Shown here: positions 10,445 to 18,553 of the stretch, one piece after another
Layout of the letters: each line of letters starts with the position of its first letter
Numbering within the stretch: the first letter of the stretch is position 1
Virus record (IMG/VR): IMGVR_UViG_3300005400_000006
Coordinates: 1 to 25,869 of that record
Direction: 5' to 3' (one strand)
Origin: a virus
Taxonomy: Duplodnaviria > Caudoviricetes
Length of the DNA: 25,869 nt
The notes under the pieces: generated by a model
The model's database searches: none
Told to the model about the DNA's origin: nothing
The model's input: the letters and a program-made list of their open reading frames with translations, nothing else
Position numbers and translations under genes: made by a program

Positions 10445-13400
10445 ATGGCAATTGTAATTACCAGTCTAACACCAACATCTCCAACTACTCCAGCTGGTAG
10501 TAGTATTGCATTTAGTATTACCGCATCTGATAATGTTGGATATGCTGTAAGTTATGAATGGCAGTATTCTACGGATGGAGCAAATTATAGCTCTTCTGGT
10601 CTTTCAAATAATACTAGCAGCAGCTATGATACGGGACCATTAACAGTATCTCAAACTGGACTTTACTTTAGATGTGTTGTTAGCACTTCTACAGAGGTAG
10701 TAAATAGTAATGAATATTCTGGTATTGGTGACAGAATAGTCTCTGTCTATCAAGACCCTAGTATTATTGCGTTTGTTGATTCTTCAGTAGATTTCTTTCC
10801 GACATCGCAAGTTAAAACGGTTGGAGATACTCTAGTCTTAACAGTTACCTCATCTCTTGCAAATGTTGATATTACAAATAATACATTAGTTAGTAATTTA
10901 GGTTTTCAATGGCAATATACTGATGACTCTGGAAGCACTTGGTATGATATAGTTGCAGGTGGTGATACTTCTGTTACAAATACAGTTTCTCTGATTACTA
11001 GTGCAACAACATATATGAAATACTCAACTTTGAGTATTGCTAATATTACAGTTGCTGAGAATTTATACCAATATAGAGTAAGAATATCTTATACGGGAGC
11101 AATAAACACCCCAGTAGATACATCTGTTTCACAATTAATTATTGACCCAGTAATTAATATTATTCAACAACCTGGAGTTAATGCATTAGATACACAAATT
11201 ACAGATTGTTATAAAACAAGCATTGCAGATAGTGGTGATGTAAGAGTATCTGTCAGTGCTTTGACTACAGCAGGCAGTGGATTGACATTTTCGTGGGAAG
11301 TTAATTTTTCTGGTCCTGGTGGCACTGGTGAGTGGTATACGGTAGACGAAATTACAAATTCTTATATTTTTTCGTTAAAAACAGGGACAACTGCTGCTAC
11401 TGATGTATTAGAATTAGAGAGGTTTATTTACTATGAGAGACCTGGATTTAGATGTGTAATTTCTGGTGCTGTAGGAGAAGCAACAGTAACTACAACACCA
11501 CATTATATTTACATGACAGACGTGCAGGGTACGGTTGATATTCCTGTTACTACATATGATATCGAGGAAGATAGATATGGTGATACTATTGACAGAGACA
11601 TATATGTAAATGACCCTGTACAAGTAATTGGTATTACTGCAACACAGGATATACAGAGAAATACTGGTCAGAATGGCAATAATACTTATACATGGCAACG
11701 CCAAGATCCAGGGTCTTCTACTTGGTCAGATTTAGCAGATCCTGCTCCAGTATCAACTACGACAACAGATGCATTAACAGGTTATACACAGTTTCCAACT
11801 ACTCTTGATCCAGTAGAAATAGAAACCTCTATTGAAACACCACCTCTTCGTGTATCTGTTGATGATGGTGCAAAATATCGATTAAAAGTAGAATCTTCAT
11901 CGGTATTTACTTTAAGTGGAGGAAATAAAGTAATTACTCCATATTATTCAGATGAAATTACTATTAATGTCTATCCAACAATTTATGTAATCAACCAACC
12001 AGGAAATGCTTCATCATATCCAAATTATTCGATTAGTTTTTCTGTAAGTGCATCACCTTCTAGTGGTAATCTTAATGATATCACATATCAGTGGCAATAT
12101 AATACAACTAATAATGCAGCTACAGGATGGGCAAATATTTCTAATACATCACCATATATTGGTGTAACCACTAATTTATTAGAAATTAATCCAGTGCCTA
12201 TCAATCTTTCATATGGATATTTTAGATGTGTATTAAGCATACCTAATCAACTATCATCTATAACTACAAATGTAGCATATCTTACACTAAAGAGAGATTA
12301 TTTCACAGCAGTATCATCGTTGAATGATATTATTGTTAGACAATTTGATAATCACATCTTTAGTATTACTGCATCTTCAGTTTCTGCTGGTCCAATTAGT
12401 TTTCAATGGGAGAAGAGTTTAAACTACAATCCAGAAAATAATACTGGCACATGGACAAATATTTCTGGAGAAACAACTTCTAATCTTACTCTATTGAGTA
12501 TTGGTCCTAGTGATGATGCATTTTATCGTGTTAGATGTGAATCATTTGGCGGAGAAATAGTATATGGTAATGCTGCAAAACTTACTATGAAGGAAGTTAA
12601 TGTTACTATTGTCACCAATATTACAACTTCTATTTCTGTATTGGAGGGGACAGAAGCAGAATATACTTTTGAATGTGAAGGATTATCTTCAATTAATACA
12701 GAAGTTGAATATCAATGGGAAATCAAGAGAACTACTGATTCATCATTTAATCCTATTGGTACAGGATTTAATAATAGTATTGATACTAATAGAATATATG
12801 TCTTAAGAGCACTTGATACTAGCACAGATAATGGTGCCAAGATTAGATGTAGGATGATAGCACCAGATGTCCCTGGACAAGTATACACAAATGAATGTAC
12901 AGTAACGGTTACTAGAAGATTTACTTATTTTGCTGATACAGCAACAAAAACAGTAACTATCGGAGAATCTATTACACTTGATTTAAATCCATTTTTTACA
13001 GGTGGTACTCCATCGTATTCATGGGAGAGAAATGGTGCTTCTTTAGGAGAAACAGGGTCTACTCTAACTATACCAAGTATTGATTCTTCGTATAGTGGGG
13101 CATCTTATAGATGTTTAATTACATTAACTGATTGCACAGAGCATAGATATTCTAGAAATAATGTAGTTTATACTAATACAGTATCTGGTCCTACTTATAC
13201 AGCAACTATTACATTTTCTACTACTACAGCACCATCGCAACCAACATATTATTCTGATGAAACTGCTAAAACTGGAGCAGCAATAGGAACAGTAATTTGT
13301 GTTGCTAAACCACCAGGATATGTTAATGATGCAGCAGCTGCTGCGGATGATGTTAATAACTGGGATTTATCTAGATTCCCAGGTTATCTTCCACTGAAAG

Positions 13401-14236
13401 GTGATTCCTATAGTGTGACAAATTACCCTGAGTTAGCAAGAATGTTTGGCACCAAATTTGGTGGGTCTATCAGTGGCACCTTCCCAAATTTCAGTGGCAC
13501 ATTTAAATTGCCAGAGACATATGGTAAAAGAATGATGGGTACTGGTAACGTAAATAACAATGCTGGGTCTGTATCTGTTGTCCCTGATTTCGATGCAGCT
13601 GGTGTTTCTGGTGGCGATAAAAATGTCCCTGGAAGTATGGGTGGTGTCTTTAATTATGTTAAGTCTGCTCAGTTGCCACCAGGGTCTCCTGGTCTTTCAG
13701 GTCTACCTGATGGTACTGCAGATGGATTTACTAATGCCGCAACATTTAGTATCGGGTCTTATCAAACTACAGGTGTAGAAGATGTAACTGCTTTTGCACA
13801 ACCATCATTTTCTGGTATTCTAATATATGCAGTAGAACCGCCTGGTCCTGCTTTCACAGACTTACCATCTCATAATCATATAGCTGTTGTTGCAGGGTGG
13901 AGAGAAACACAACCTCTTAGTAGTGCATCTTGTTTTGGTACTTATCCAAAATTAAATGGCGGCACATTTCTTTTCACTCAATCGGGATCAGGACAACTTA
14001 ATGTTTCTACAACAACACTTGGTGACATTCATTCCCATGTAATAGACTCTGATGGGCAAAATGTTCGCGATATGGTAACAGATGCTGGTATGGGCATCAG
14101 TGATACTACATTAAGATTTACTGGTGGTAATGCATCTATTATGAATAATAATATGGGATTTTTCTTTAGAAATAATGAGAAAATTCCTATCAATGCTCCA
14201 TATTTTAGATTAAAGTATTTGATTAAAGCATACTAA
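10445..14236 (+). CDS. Ig-like repeat protein with C-terminal tail-collar fibre domain (paralogue 3)
   Basis: Eight repeats of (Y/F)xW(Q/E)...(Y/F/I)R(C/V/L), then IGTVI...PGYLPLKG...YPELARMFG...TFKLP, HxH motifs (SHNH, IHSH) and C-terminal YLIKAY. Confidence 0.85.
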   Translation: MAIVITSLTPTSPTTPAGSSIAFSITASDNVGYAVSYEWQYSTDGANYSSSGLSNNTSSSYDTGPLTVSQTGLYFRCVVSTSTEVVNSNEYSGIGDRIVSVYQDPSIIAFVDSSVDFFPTSQVKTVGDTLVLTVTSSLANVDITNNTLVSNLGFQWQYTDDSGSTWYDIVAGGDTSVTNTVSLITSATTYMKYSTLSIANITVAENLYQYRVRISYTGAINTPVDTSVSQLIIDPVINIIQQPGVNALDTQITDCYKTSIADSGDVRVSVSALTTAGSGLTFSWEVNFSGPGGTGEWYTVDEITNSYIFSLKTGTTAATDVLELERFIYYERPGFRCVISGAVGEATVTTTPHYIYMTDVQGTVDIPVTTYDIEEDRYGDTIDRDIYVNDPVQVIGITATQDIQRNTGQNGNNTYTWQRQDPGSSTWSDLADPAPVSTTTTDALTGYTQFPTTLDPVEIETSIETPPLRVSVDDGAKYRLKVESSSVFTLSGGNKVITPYYSDEITINVYPTIYVINQPGNASSYPNYSISFSVSASPSSGNLNDITYQWQYNTTNNAATGWANISNTSPYIGVTTNLLEINPVPINLSYGYFRCVLSIPNQLSSITTNVAYLTLKRDYFTAVSSLNDIIVRQFDNHIFSITASSVSAGPISFQWEKSLNYNPENNTGTWTNISGETTSNLTLLSIGPSDDAFYRVRCESFGGEIVYGNAAKLTMKEVNVTIVTNITTSISVLEGTEAEYTFECEGLSSINTEVEYQWEIKRTTDSSFNPIGTGFNNSIDTNRIYVLRALDTSTDNGAKIRCRMIAPDVPGQVYTNECTVTVTRRFTYFADTATKTVTIGESITLDLNPFFTGGTPSYSWERNGASLGETGSTLTIPSIDSSYSGASYRCLITLTDCTEHRYSRNNVVYTNTVSGPTYTATITFSTTTAPSQPTYYSDETAKTGAAIGTVICVAKPPGYVNDAAAAADDVNNWDLSRFPGYLPLKGDSYSVTNYPELARMFGTKFGGSISGTFPNFSGTFKLPETYGKRMMGTGNVNNNAGSVSVVPDFDAAGVSGGDKNVPGSMGGVFNYVKSAQLPPGSPGLSGLPDGTADGFTNAATFSIGSYQTTGVEDVTAFAQPSFSGILIYAVEPPGPAFTDLPSHNHIAVVAGWRETQPLSSASCFGTYPKLNGGTFLFTQSGSGQLNVSTTTLGDIHSHVIDSDGQNVRDMVTDAGMGISDTTLRFTGGNASIMNNNMGFFFRNNEKIPINAPYFRLKYLIKAY

Positions 14237-14239
14237 ATA
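14233..14239 (+). promoter_or_regulatory. T4-type late promoter-like CTAAATA
   Basis: Variant of the gp55 late box TATAAATA, 21 nt upstream of the 14261 ATG. Confidence 0.55.
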
Positions 14240-14260
14240 ATTTTACAAAAAGGAAAACCG

Positions 14261-15412
14261 ATGTCCACAAAATCACAACATCGTGTGGTGTCTCTTAAGT
14301 TACAACGAAAGAGATATCCCGCAGAATTAGTAGAAAGATATATTCAATATCGCGGAAGTAAGTTAGACCTTACTGATGCACTGTATGATGAACTTCTAGA
14401 ATTAATTCCAGAAGTTTGGAATACGGATAAGGATAGACTAACACAATTTGTTGTGTTTGAAGACAATACATATATGTCTGTAAGATGTAAAGACATCTAC
14501 AATTTCTCTAGAAAAGAGAGTGAGCAGAAAACATATTTCTATGATGCTGCTACTGACGAGCAGGTCGCAGAAATGTCTAAAATTGTGACAGATTTCTTTG
14601 GTGTTAAGAAGATTGCTGAAGTTGGTGATTTTTATGATACTGTAATGACAAACTTATCTGACATGTCTTACATGAAGCAGAAACTAAAAAATATGAGGAC
14701 AGATGCATTATTTCAATCTGACTTTATGTTTAATAGTGATTACACTTTTAGTGACCCTGATGTAGAGCAAAAGTGGAAAACATATAGGCAAGAGTGGAGA
14801 GACATTACATCAACAGATGCATGGACAAATAATAGTTTTGTTGATATATCCGTCCCTATTGCACCAGTACCTATTGTAACTTTTGAAATTCTGCTATCTG
14901 AGTTGAAAAATAGTTTGTCAAATGTATCAGTAACTGATACGCTACTAAATGATATGGCAATCTCTTTTGATTGTGTAGAATATGAAAATGTTGCTAGAAA
15001 TTTTGGTGCAATTTCATTCAAACTTGAGATTTTGAAGACTCTAGCAAAACTAAATATTCCATTTAATTCTAATATTGGCGAACCACAAAACACAGCAGAA
15101 GATATTAATGAGATTGAATTGGGTCTATCAAAATTACAACTTATCCCGATGGATATCTACACTAGATATAAAAGTGCTCAAGATATTGAAGATGAATCTA
15201 GTCCTGATACGATGAAGTCTATTATAAGTGACCAACTTGATTCAGTTGATTTGAAAATTGAAGCAATTAATGCTAAACTAGTAGAATATAATGTAGGATA
15301 TACTATCGCGGACATCATGACAAAATATGTAGAAGATACTAAACTACAAGCTGCTCAACATGATTTAGATGCAGCTGCAGAAGCATTAGTAAGAGAGGTT
15401 GAAGGAGAATGA
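14261..15412 (+). CDS. Tail fibre assembly chaperone-domain protein
   Basis: MRTDALFQSDF...KWKTYRQEWRDIT matches the RxxxLxxSDW...WxxYRQxLRDI tail assembly chaperone pattern. It lies directly after the fibre genes, with an AAGGA RBS. Confidence 0.7.
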   Translation: MSTKSQHRVVSLKLQRKRYPAELVERYIQYRGSKLDLTDALYDELLELIPEVWNTDKDRLTQFVVFEDNTYMSVRCKDIYNFSRKESEQKTYFYDAATDEQVAEMSKIVTDFFGVKKIAEVGDFYDTVMTNLSDMSYMKQKLKNMRTDALFQSDFMFNSDYTFSDPDVEQKWKTYRQEWRDITSTDAWTNNSFVDISVPIAPVPIVTFEILLSELKNSLSNVSVTDTLLNDMAISFDCVEYENVARNFGAISFKLEILKTLAKLNIPFNSNIGEPQNTAEDINEIELGLSKLQLIPMDIYTRYKSAQDIEDESSPDTMKSIISDQLDSVDLKIEAINAKLVEYNVGYTIADIMTKYVEDTKLQAAQHDLDAAAEALVREVEGE

Positions 15413-15753
15413 TTACTTCATATAACACAGATTTTTTCTACCCAATTGATTTGATGCATCAACTTTCAAAAAATGCTGGTAAACCAGTTATGCATTTGAA
15501 AGTTGATGGTAAGAGATCTGATGAAGTTTGGGAGTTTTATTGGAATAAAGCAGATAATACTGTTGTTTCTAGTTTAAGAGATAAAGGCGAGGTTTATTGT
15601 TATTTTCAAACTATTCAGCAAGCAACTGATGCTTTTAATGAGTGGTTTCCTCAAGAAAGTGACTTGCAAGATGATGAAAAGCAATTTTATGTTGCTGTTG
15701 AATTAGTTGATGTAAATAGTGGAGCACATTTTGTAAATGGCGAAAAAGTATAA
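15409..15753 (+). CDS. Hypothetical protein
   Basis: ATGA overlap with the previous gene and AAGGAG RBS. Confidence 0.8.
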   Translation: MITSYNTDFFYPIDLMHQLSKNAGKPVMHLKVDGKRSDEVWEFYWNKADNTVVSSLRDKGEVYCYFQTIQQATDAFNEWFPQESDLQDDEKQFYVAVELVDVNSGAHFVNGEKV

Positions 15754-15931
15754 GTATAAATTTTTAACCAAAGAATTAGGTCAAATAACGAATACGTTTG
15801 CTGAAAATGGAGTTACATTATCATTTGATGAAAGAGATGAATATGTTACAGCATTAGAAAAAATTGCACCTATCATATATGAATCATATGATAGGTATTT
15901 AAAATTTATAGAATCTAAAGAGAGAGATTGA
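15737..15931 (+). CDS. Hypothetical protein
   Basis: Overlaps the previous gene end and stops inside the downstream terminator hairpin. Confidence 0.65.
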   Translation: MAKKYKYKFLTKELGQITNTFAENGVTLSFDERDEYVTALEKIAPIIYESYDRYLKFIESKERD

Positions 15932-15946
15932 CATCCTCTCTTTTTT
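15917..15946 (+). terminator. Intrinsic terminator ending the tail module
   Basis: AAAGAGAG-a-GAT / TGAC loop / ATC-CTCTCTTT running into a T6 tract. Confidence 0.65.
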
Positions 15947-15956
15947 GTTATATACT
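15928..15956 (+). promoter_or_regulatory. sigma70-type promoter
   Basis: TTGACA-N17-TATACT. Confidence 0.85.
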
Positions 15957-15976
15957 GTCAAGGTAGCGACTAAATC

Positions 15977-16156
15977 ATGATGCACTACGACAAGATGATG
16001 AATAGCATCTCAAAAGAAATCTATACTATCTGGGAAAATGATGTATGGGATGATGAGGTAGTAAGAGATAAATCTTATACTATTCTGAAAATAGTCGAAG
16101 AGTTTCAACAGTCACGATTATATCGGAAAAAACAACAATGGAGAGCGAGTGACTAA
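15977..16156 (+). CDS. Small hypothetical protein (59 aa, absent from ORF track)
   Basis: MMHYDKMMNSISKEIYTIWE...QQWRASD. Follows the promoter, with TAATG coupling to the next gene. Confidence 0.75.
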   Translation: MMHYDKMMNSISKEIYTIWENDVWDDEVVRDKSYTILKIVEEFQQSRLYRKKQQWRASD

Positions 16157-16356
16157 TGGCATTATCTAAAACGGTTGAAGAATCACTTAACGAAGCATCA
16201 GCACATCTACGCAATGCATTAGCATTCTCTGCTAGACAGGAGCGTCCAGTTGTTTGCACACAAATTGTTAAGTGTCTTAGTGATATTGAAAGCATTGGGT
16301 CGTTTGAGAATATTCTGGATACACTTGATAATAGAATCTCAGAGATGGAAGAATGA
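16156..16356 (+). CDS. Conserved cyanophage-type hypothetical protein
   Basis: MALSKTVEESLNEASAHLRNALAFSARQERP resembles a common cyanomyovirus small protein. Coupled overlaps on both sides. Confidence 0.8.
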   Translation: MALSKTVEESLNEASAHLRNALAFSARQERPVVCTQIVKCLSDIESIGSFENILDTLDNRISEMEE

Positions 16357-16580
16357 AGACTATGAAGTGCAATGACAAAGTTAAATTCTTAGGTTGCACA
16401 GTAGAGCAGCAACGATGGGGAAACAATGACTTTCCACCATGTATTGTTGGTCATGTTTATACTGTGACGGATGTTGAAGTCCATTCACAGCATACTAAAG
16501 TATCTTTAAAAGGTATGGTGGGTAAATTTAATTCTGTTTGCTTTTTGCTTGTAAATCCCAATGAATATGAAACTAATTGA
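16353..16580 (+). CDS. Conserved cyanophage-type hypothetical protein
   Basis: VKFLGCTxEQxRWGNND...VEVHSQHTKV motif and ATGA overlap. Confidence 0.8.
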   Translation: MKTMKCNDKVKFLGCTVEQQRWGNNDFPPCIVGHVYTVTDVEVHSQHTKVSLKGMVGKFNSVCFLLVNPNEYETN

Positions 16581-16644
16581 CCCATCATTACTCTCACATG
16601 TAGAGGTATTGGATAAAAAATCAGATACTAAAGGTTTTGGATAA
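16567..16644 (+). pseudogene. 25-aa ORF, possible internally deleted remnant of a small phage gene
   Basis: MKLIDPSLLSHVEVLDKKSDTKGFG fills the gap between two genes. It resembles the two termini of a longer small-protein family (from recall). Confidence 0.35.
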
Positions 16645-16663
16645 TATTATTACAGGAGACAAA

Positions 16664-16990
16664 ATGCAAGGTGATGCTAAAACTACAATTTCATATAAAC
16701 GTGAAGGATTTTCTGCTCTAGCAGATTATCGTCCACTTCTAGAAGTGGAGATGTCTATTGACAGCACGGACGAAACCGTGTATAATATGCTTGACTTCTA
16801 TCGATCGTATCTAATCGCTACTGGTTATGCCGAAGAAAACTTCTACGAAGCCTGTTACAAACTCACGGAAGAATACGAGATCAAAAACGTCAAAAAAGAA
16901 GAAACTAGAGGCCACCACAGACACCGCTTGGGAGAAACTGGCATCGACTCAGAAAACTTCTCTTTCAAAGACAGAAAAGAAACCGTCTGA
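16664..16990 (+). CDS. Hypothetical protein (start corrected to ATG 16664)
   Basis: AGGAG RBS upstream of ATG 16664, in frame with the track ORF starting at 16637. Confidence 0.75.
   Translation: MQGDAKTTISYKREGFSALADYRPLLEVEMSIDSTDETVYNMLDFYRSYLIATGYAEENFYEACYKLTEEYEIKNVKKEETRGHHRHRLGETGIDSENFSFKDRKETV
16758..16786 (+). promoter_or_regulatory. Intragenic perfect sigma70 promoter
   Basis: TTGACA-N17-TATAAT inside CDS 16664-16990, 40 nt before ATG 16827. Confidence 0.8.
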
Positions 16991-17195
16991 GACATCAGAT
17001 AAGTTTCCTTGGGAATCTTTTCCTATCCGACTTGACATCAAGCAGCAGAAACGTGTATGCTGGTTTCAGTGTAAACACCACCTGAATAAACTAATCCTAC
17101 GCGAGCAACTAACACCAAAAGACTATATTATTAGCACTAATGGTGTTGATTTGGTAGGACTTCCTAAACCTAAGCGTAGGAGAAAAACAAAATGA
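16827..17195 (+). CDS. Basic hypothetical protein overlapping the upstream gene by 164 nt
   Basis: Lys/Ser/Thr-rich N-terminus, then FPWESFPIRL...CWFQCKHHLNK. Has its own promoter and ATGA coupling downstream. Confidence 0.75.
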   Translation: MPKKTSTKPVTNSRKNTRSKTSKKKKLEATTDTAWEKLASTQKTSLSKTEKKPSETSDKFPWESFPIRLDIKQQKRVCWFQCKHHLNKLILREQLTPKDYIISTNGVDLVGLPKPKRRRKTK

Positions 17196-17347
17196 AACTG
17201 AGAGTAACCATGAGACAATTCGTTGACAGTAAAGGCAATACTTGGGAATGGGAAGAGACTGAAGAAACTCGCCAAGCACTCAAGCAACTGCACAAAAGCA
17301 GTGCAGAAAGTAAACTAAACAAACCACCTTCCAAACCAAACAAATGA
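17192..17347 (+). CDS. Small hypothetical protein (51 aa, absent from ORF track)
   Basis: MKLRVTMRQFVDSKGNTWEWEETEETRQALKQLH... with AGGAG RBS and ATGA overlaps at both ends. Confidence 0.7.
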   Translation: MKLRVTMRQFVDSKGNTWEWEETEETRQALKQLHKSSAESKLNKPPSKPNK

Positions 17348-17598
17348 AAACTCTTACACTAGAAGACTACCAAAAGGCAGGAGAAACATTCTGGCCTAAG
17401 TATTGGTATATCGCTAAAGAATTGGGTGAGGATGCTAAACCTGAGCAAGTCCTCAAAGTTATGGAAGCGATTGGTGGTGTCGCATTGAAAACAGCACTAG
17501 AAGAAAAACTATCAGGACCATTTGGATTTAATAAGAAGAAATATGACGGAGACACAGAAACAGCAGAAGCGGAAACCGACGCTCCAGGACTCTCTTAG
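17344..17598 (+). CDS. Conserved cyanophage-type hypothetical protein
   Basis: MKTLTLEDYQKAGETFWPKYWYIAKELGEDAKPEQVLKVMEAIGG resembles a common cyanomyovirus family. Confidence 0.85.
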   Translation: MKTLTLEDYQKAGETFWPKYWYIAKELGEDAKPEQVLKVMEAIGGVALKTALEEKLSGPFGFNKKKYDGDTETAEAETDAPGLS

Positions 17599-17734
17599 TC
17601 CTAATAATACTGTGGTATTGTTAGTGGAAAACTGTAATCTTAATAATTCATAATTTAATACTAAAGAGAAACTTAAGATATTTTGGTTTTTGAGGATTTC
17701 CTGATATTATAGATAAAGTCCAGACCAAGTTTTC

Positions 17735-17890
17735 ATGTCCTCCAAAAAATTCTCAACTCAATCACTTTCTATCGAAGAGCAGAAAGAAATGAAAGCACTT
17801 CGTGAAGCAATCGCCCTATATCCAGCATCTGTCCATCCAGATAAAATGGAGAAATACACTGAATACCTTGTGAGGTCTATGGCAGCATGA
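17735..17890 (+). CDS. Small hypothetical protein (51 aa, absent from ORF track)
   Basis: MSSKKF...EMKALREAIALYPASVHPDKMEKYTEYLVRSMAA with ATGA coupling to 17887. Confidence 0.75.
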   Translation: MSSKKFSTQSLSIEEQKEMKALREAIALYPASVHPDKMEKYTEYLVRSMAA

Positions 17891-18075
17891 AAAAAACTGA
17901 ATTACTAGCACAAATTGAATTTCTGGAGCAAAGAGTTACTGTTATTGAAAGGGAAAATTCTGGCACTAATAGTGCATTGTATGAGATTGAAACACGTCTT
18001 CAATCTCAACTTGATGCATTGACTAATTATACTATGCTTACTCGCGAGAAAATGGAGAAAATTGATGGAGAATGA
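17887..18075 (+). CDS. Small coiled-coil hypothetical protein
   Basis: Heptad-like Leu/Glu pattern and coupled overlaps. Confidence 0.75.
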   Translation: MKKTELLAQIEFLEQRVTVIERENSGTNSALYEIETRLQSQLDALTNYTMLTREKMEKIDGE

Positions 18076-18226
18076 TTCTTTCAAAGTGATAGAAACTGAA
18101 GACGGTGGACTAACATTATCTTGGGACCAAGACGACCCAAACTGGTCATGGGCGAATGACTTGACAGAGGAAGAATTGAAGCGTATAATTGCAAAAGCAA
18201 TCCAAGAGGCGACTGACAATGCCTGA
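18065..18226 (+). CDS. Small acidic hypothetical protein (53 aa, absent from ORF track)
   Basis: MENDSFKVIETEDGGLTLSWDQDDPNWSWANDLTEEELKRIIAKAIQEATDNA. GGAG upstream, and it fills the gap with short overlaps. Confidence 0.75.
   Translation: MENDSFKVIETEDGGLTLSWDQDDPNWSWANDLTEEELKRIIAKAIQEATDNA
18161..18189 (+). promoter_or_regulatory. Intragenic perfect sigma70 promoter
   Basis: TTGACA-N17-TATAAT inside CDS 18065-18226, 29 nt before ATG 18219. Confidence 0.8.
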
Positions 18227-18497
18227 CGAAGCATACACTGACATGGAAATGGACTTGATGATGGCATCTGCTGATGCAAAACAATGGCAAGAGAGGTATT
18301 ACGCAGTCAAGAAAACGTATGAGAACTTGCTTGATGACTATGAGCGATTGCAAAACATCTATGTAGAAACTGAGGATGAAATGACTGAGTATCGTAATAG
18401 TTTCCTCAATGAATCTATCAGGCACGATAAAGACATGCAAGAGGTTAAGGCACGATTATCGACACTAGAGGCAATGATGAGGTCTGCTAATGGTTGA
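18219..18497 (+). CDS. Coiled-coil hypothetical protein (start corrected to ATG 18219)
   Basis: GAGG RBS before ATG 18219. The track start (TTG 18189) overlaps the -10 box. Confidence 0.75.
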   Translation: MPDEAYTDMEMDLMMASADAKQWQERYYAVKKTYENLLDDYERLQNIYVETEDEMTEYRNSFLNESIRHDKDMQEVKARLSTLEAMMRSANG

Positions 18498-18520
18498 GGG
18501 GTTGACACCCCTCTTTTTTT
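18496..18520 (+). terminator. Intrinsic terminator
   Basis: GAGGGGT / TGAC / ACCCCTC + T7. Confidence 0.85.
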
Positions 18521-18530
18521 GTAATATAAT
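18502..18530 (+). promoter_or_regulatory. Perfect sigma70 promoter of the nuclease-methyltransferase unit
   Basis: TTGACA-N17-TATAAT, 23 nt before ATG 18554. Confidence 0.9.
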
Positions 18531-18553
18531 TATTCCATAATCAATTCTACATC

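Noticed and set aside
8397-14236. Diversity-generating retroelement or invertible fibre cassette
   Set aside because: No reverse transcriptase, invertase, adenine-specific template/variable repeat pair or flanking inverted repeats seen in this window.
17543-17653. 36-aa ORF MTETQKQQKRKPTLQDSLSP... overlapping the end of 17344-17598
   Set aside because: Possibly a gene remnant, but it has no RBS and decays into AT-rich sequence, so support is too weak.
17600-17734. AT-rich intergenic gap with CTTAA/TTTAA words suggesting a Pho box or other host regulator site
   Set aside because: No convincing 11-bp-spaced direct repeats or NtcA GTA-N8-TAC dyad.
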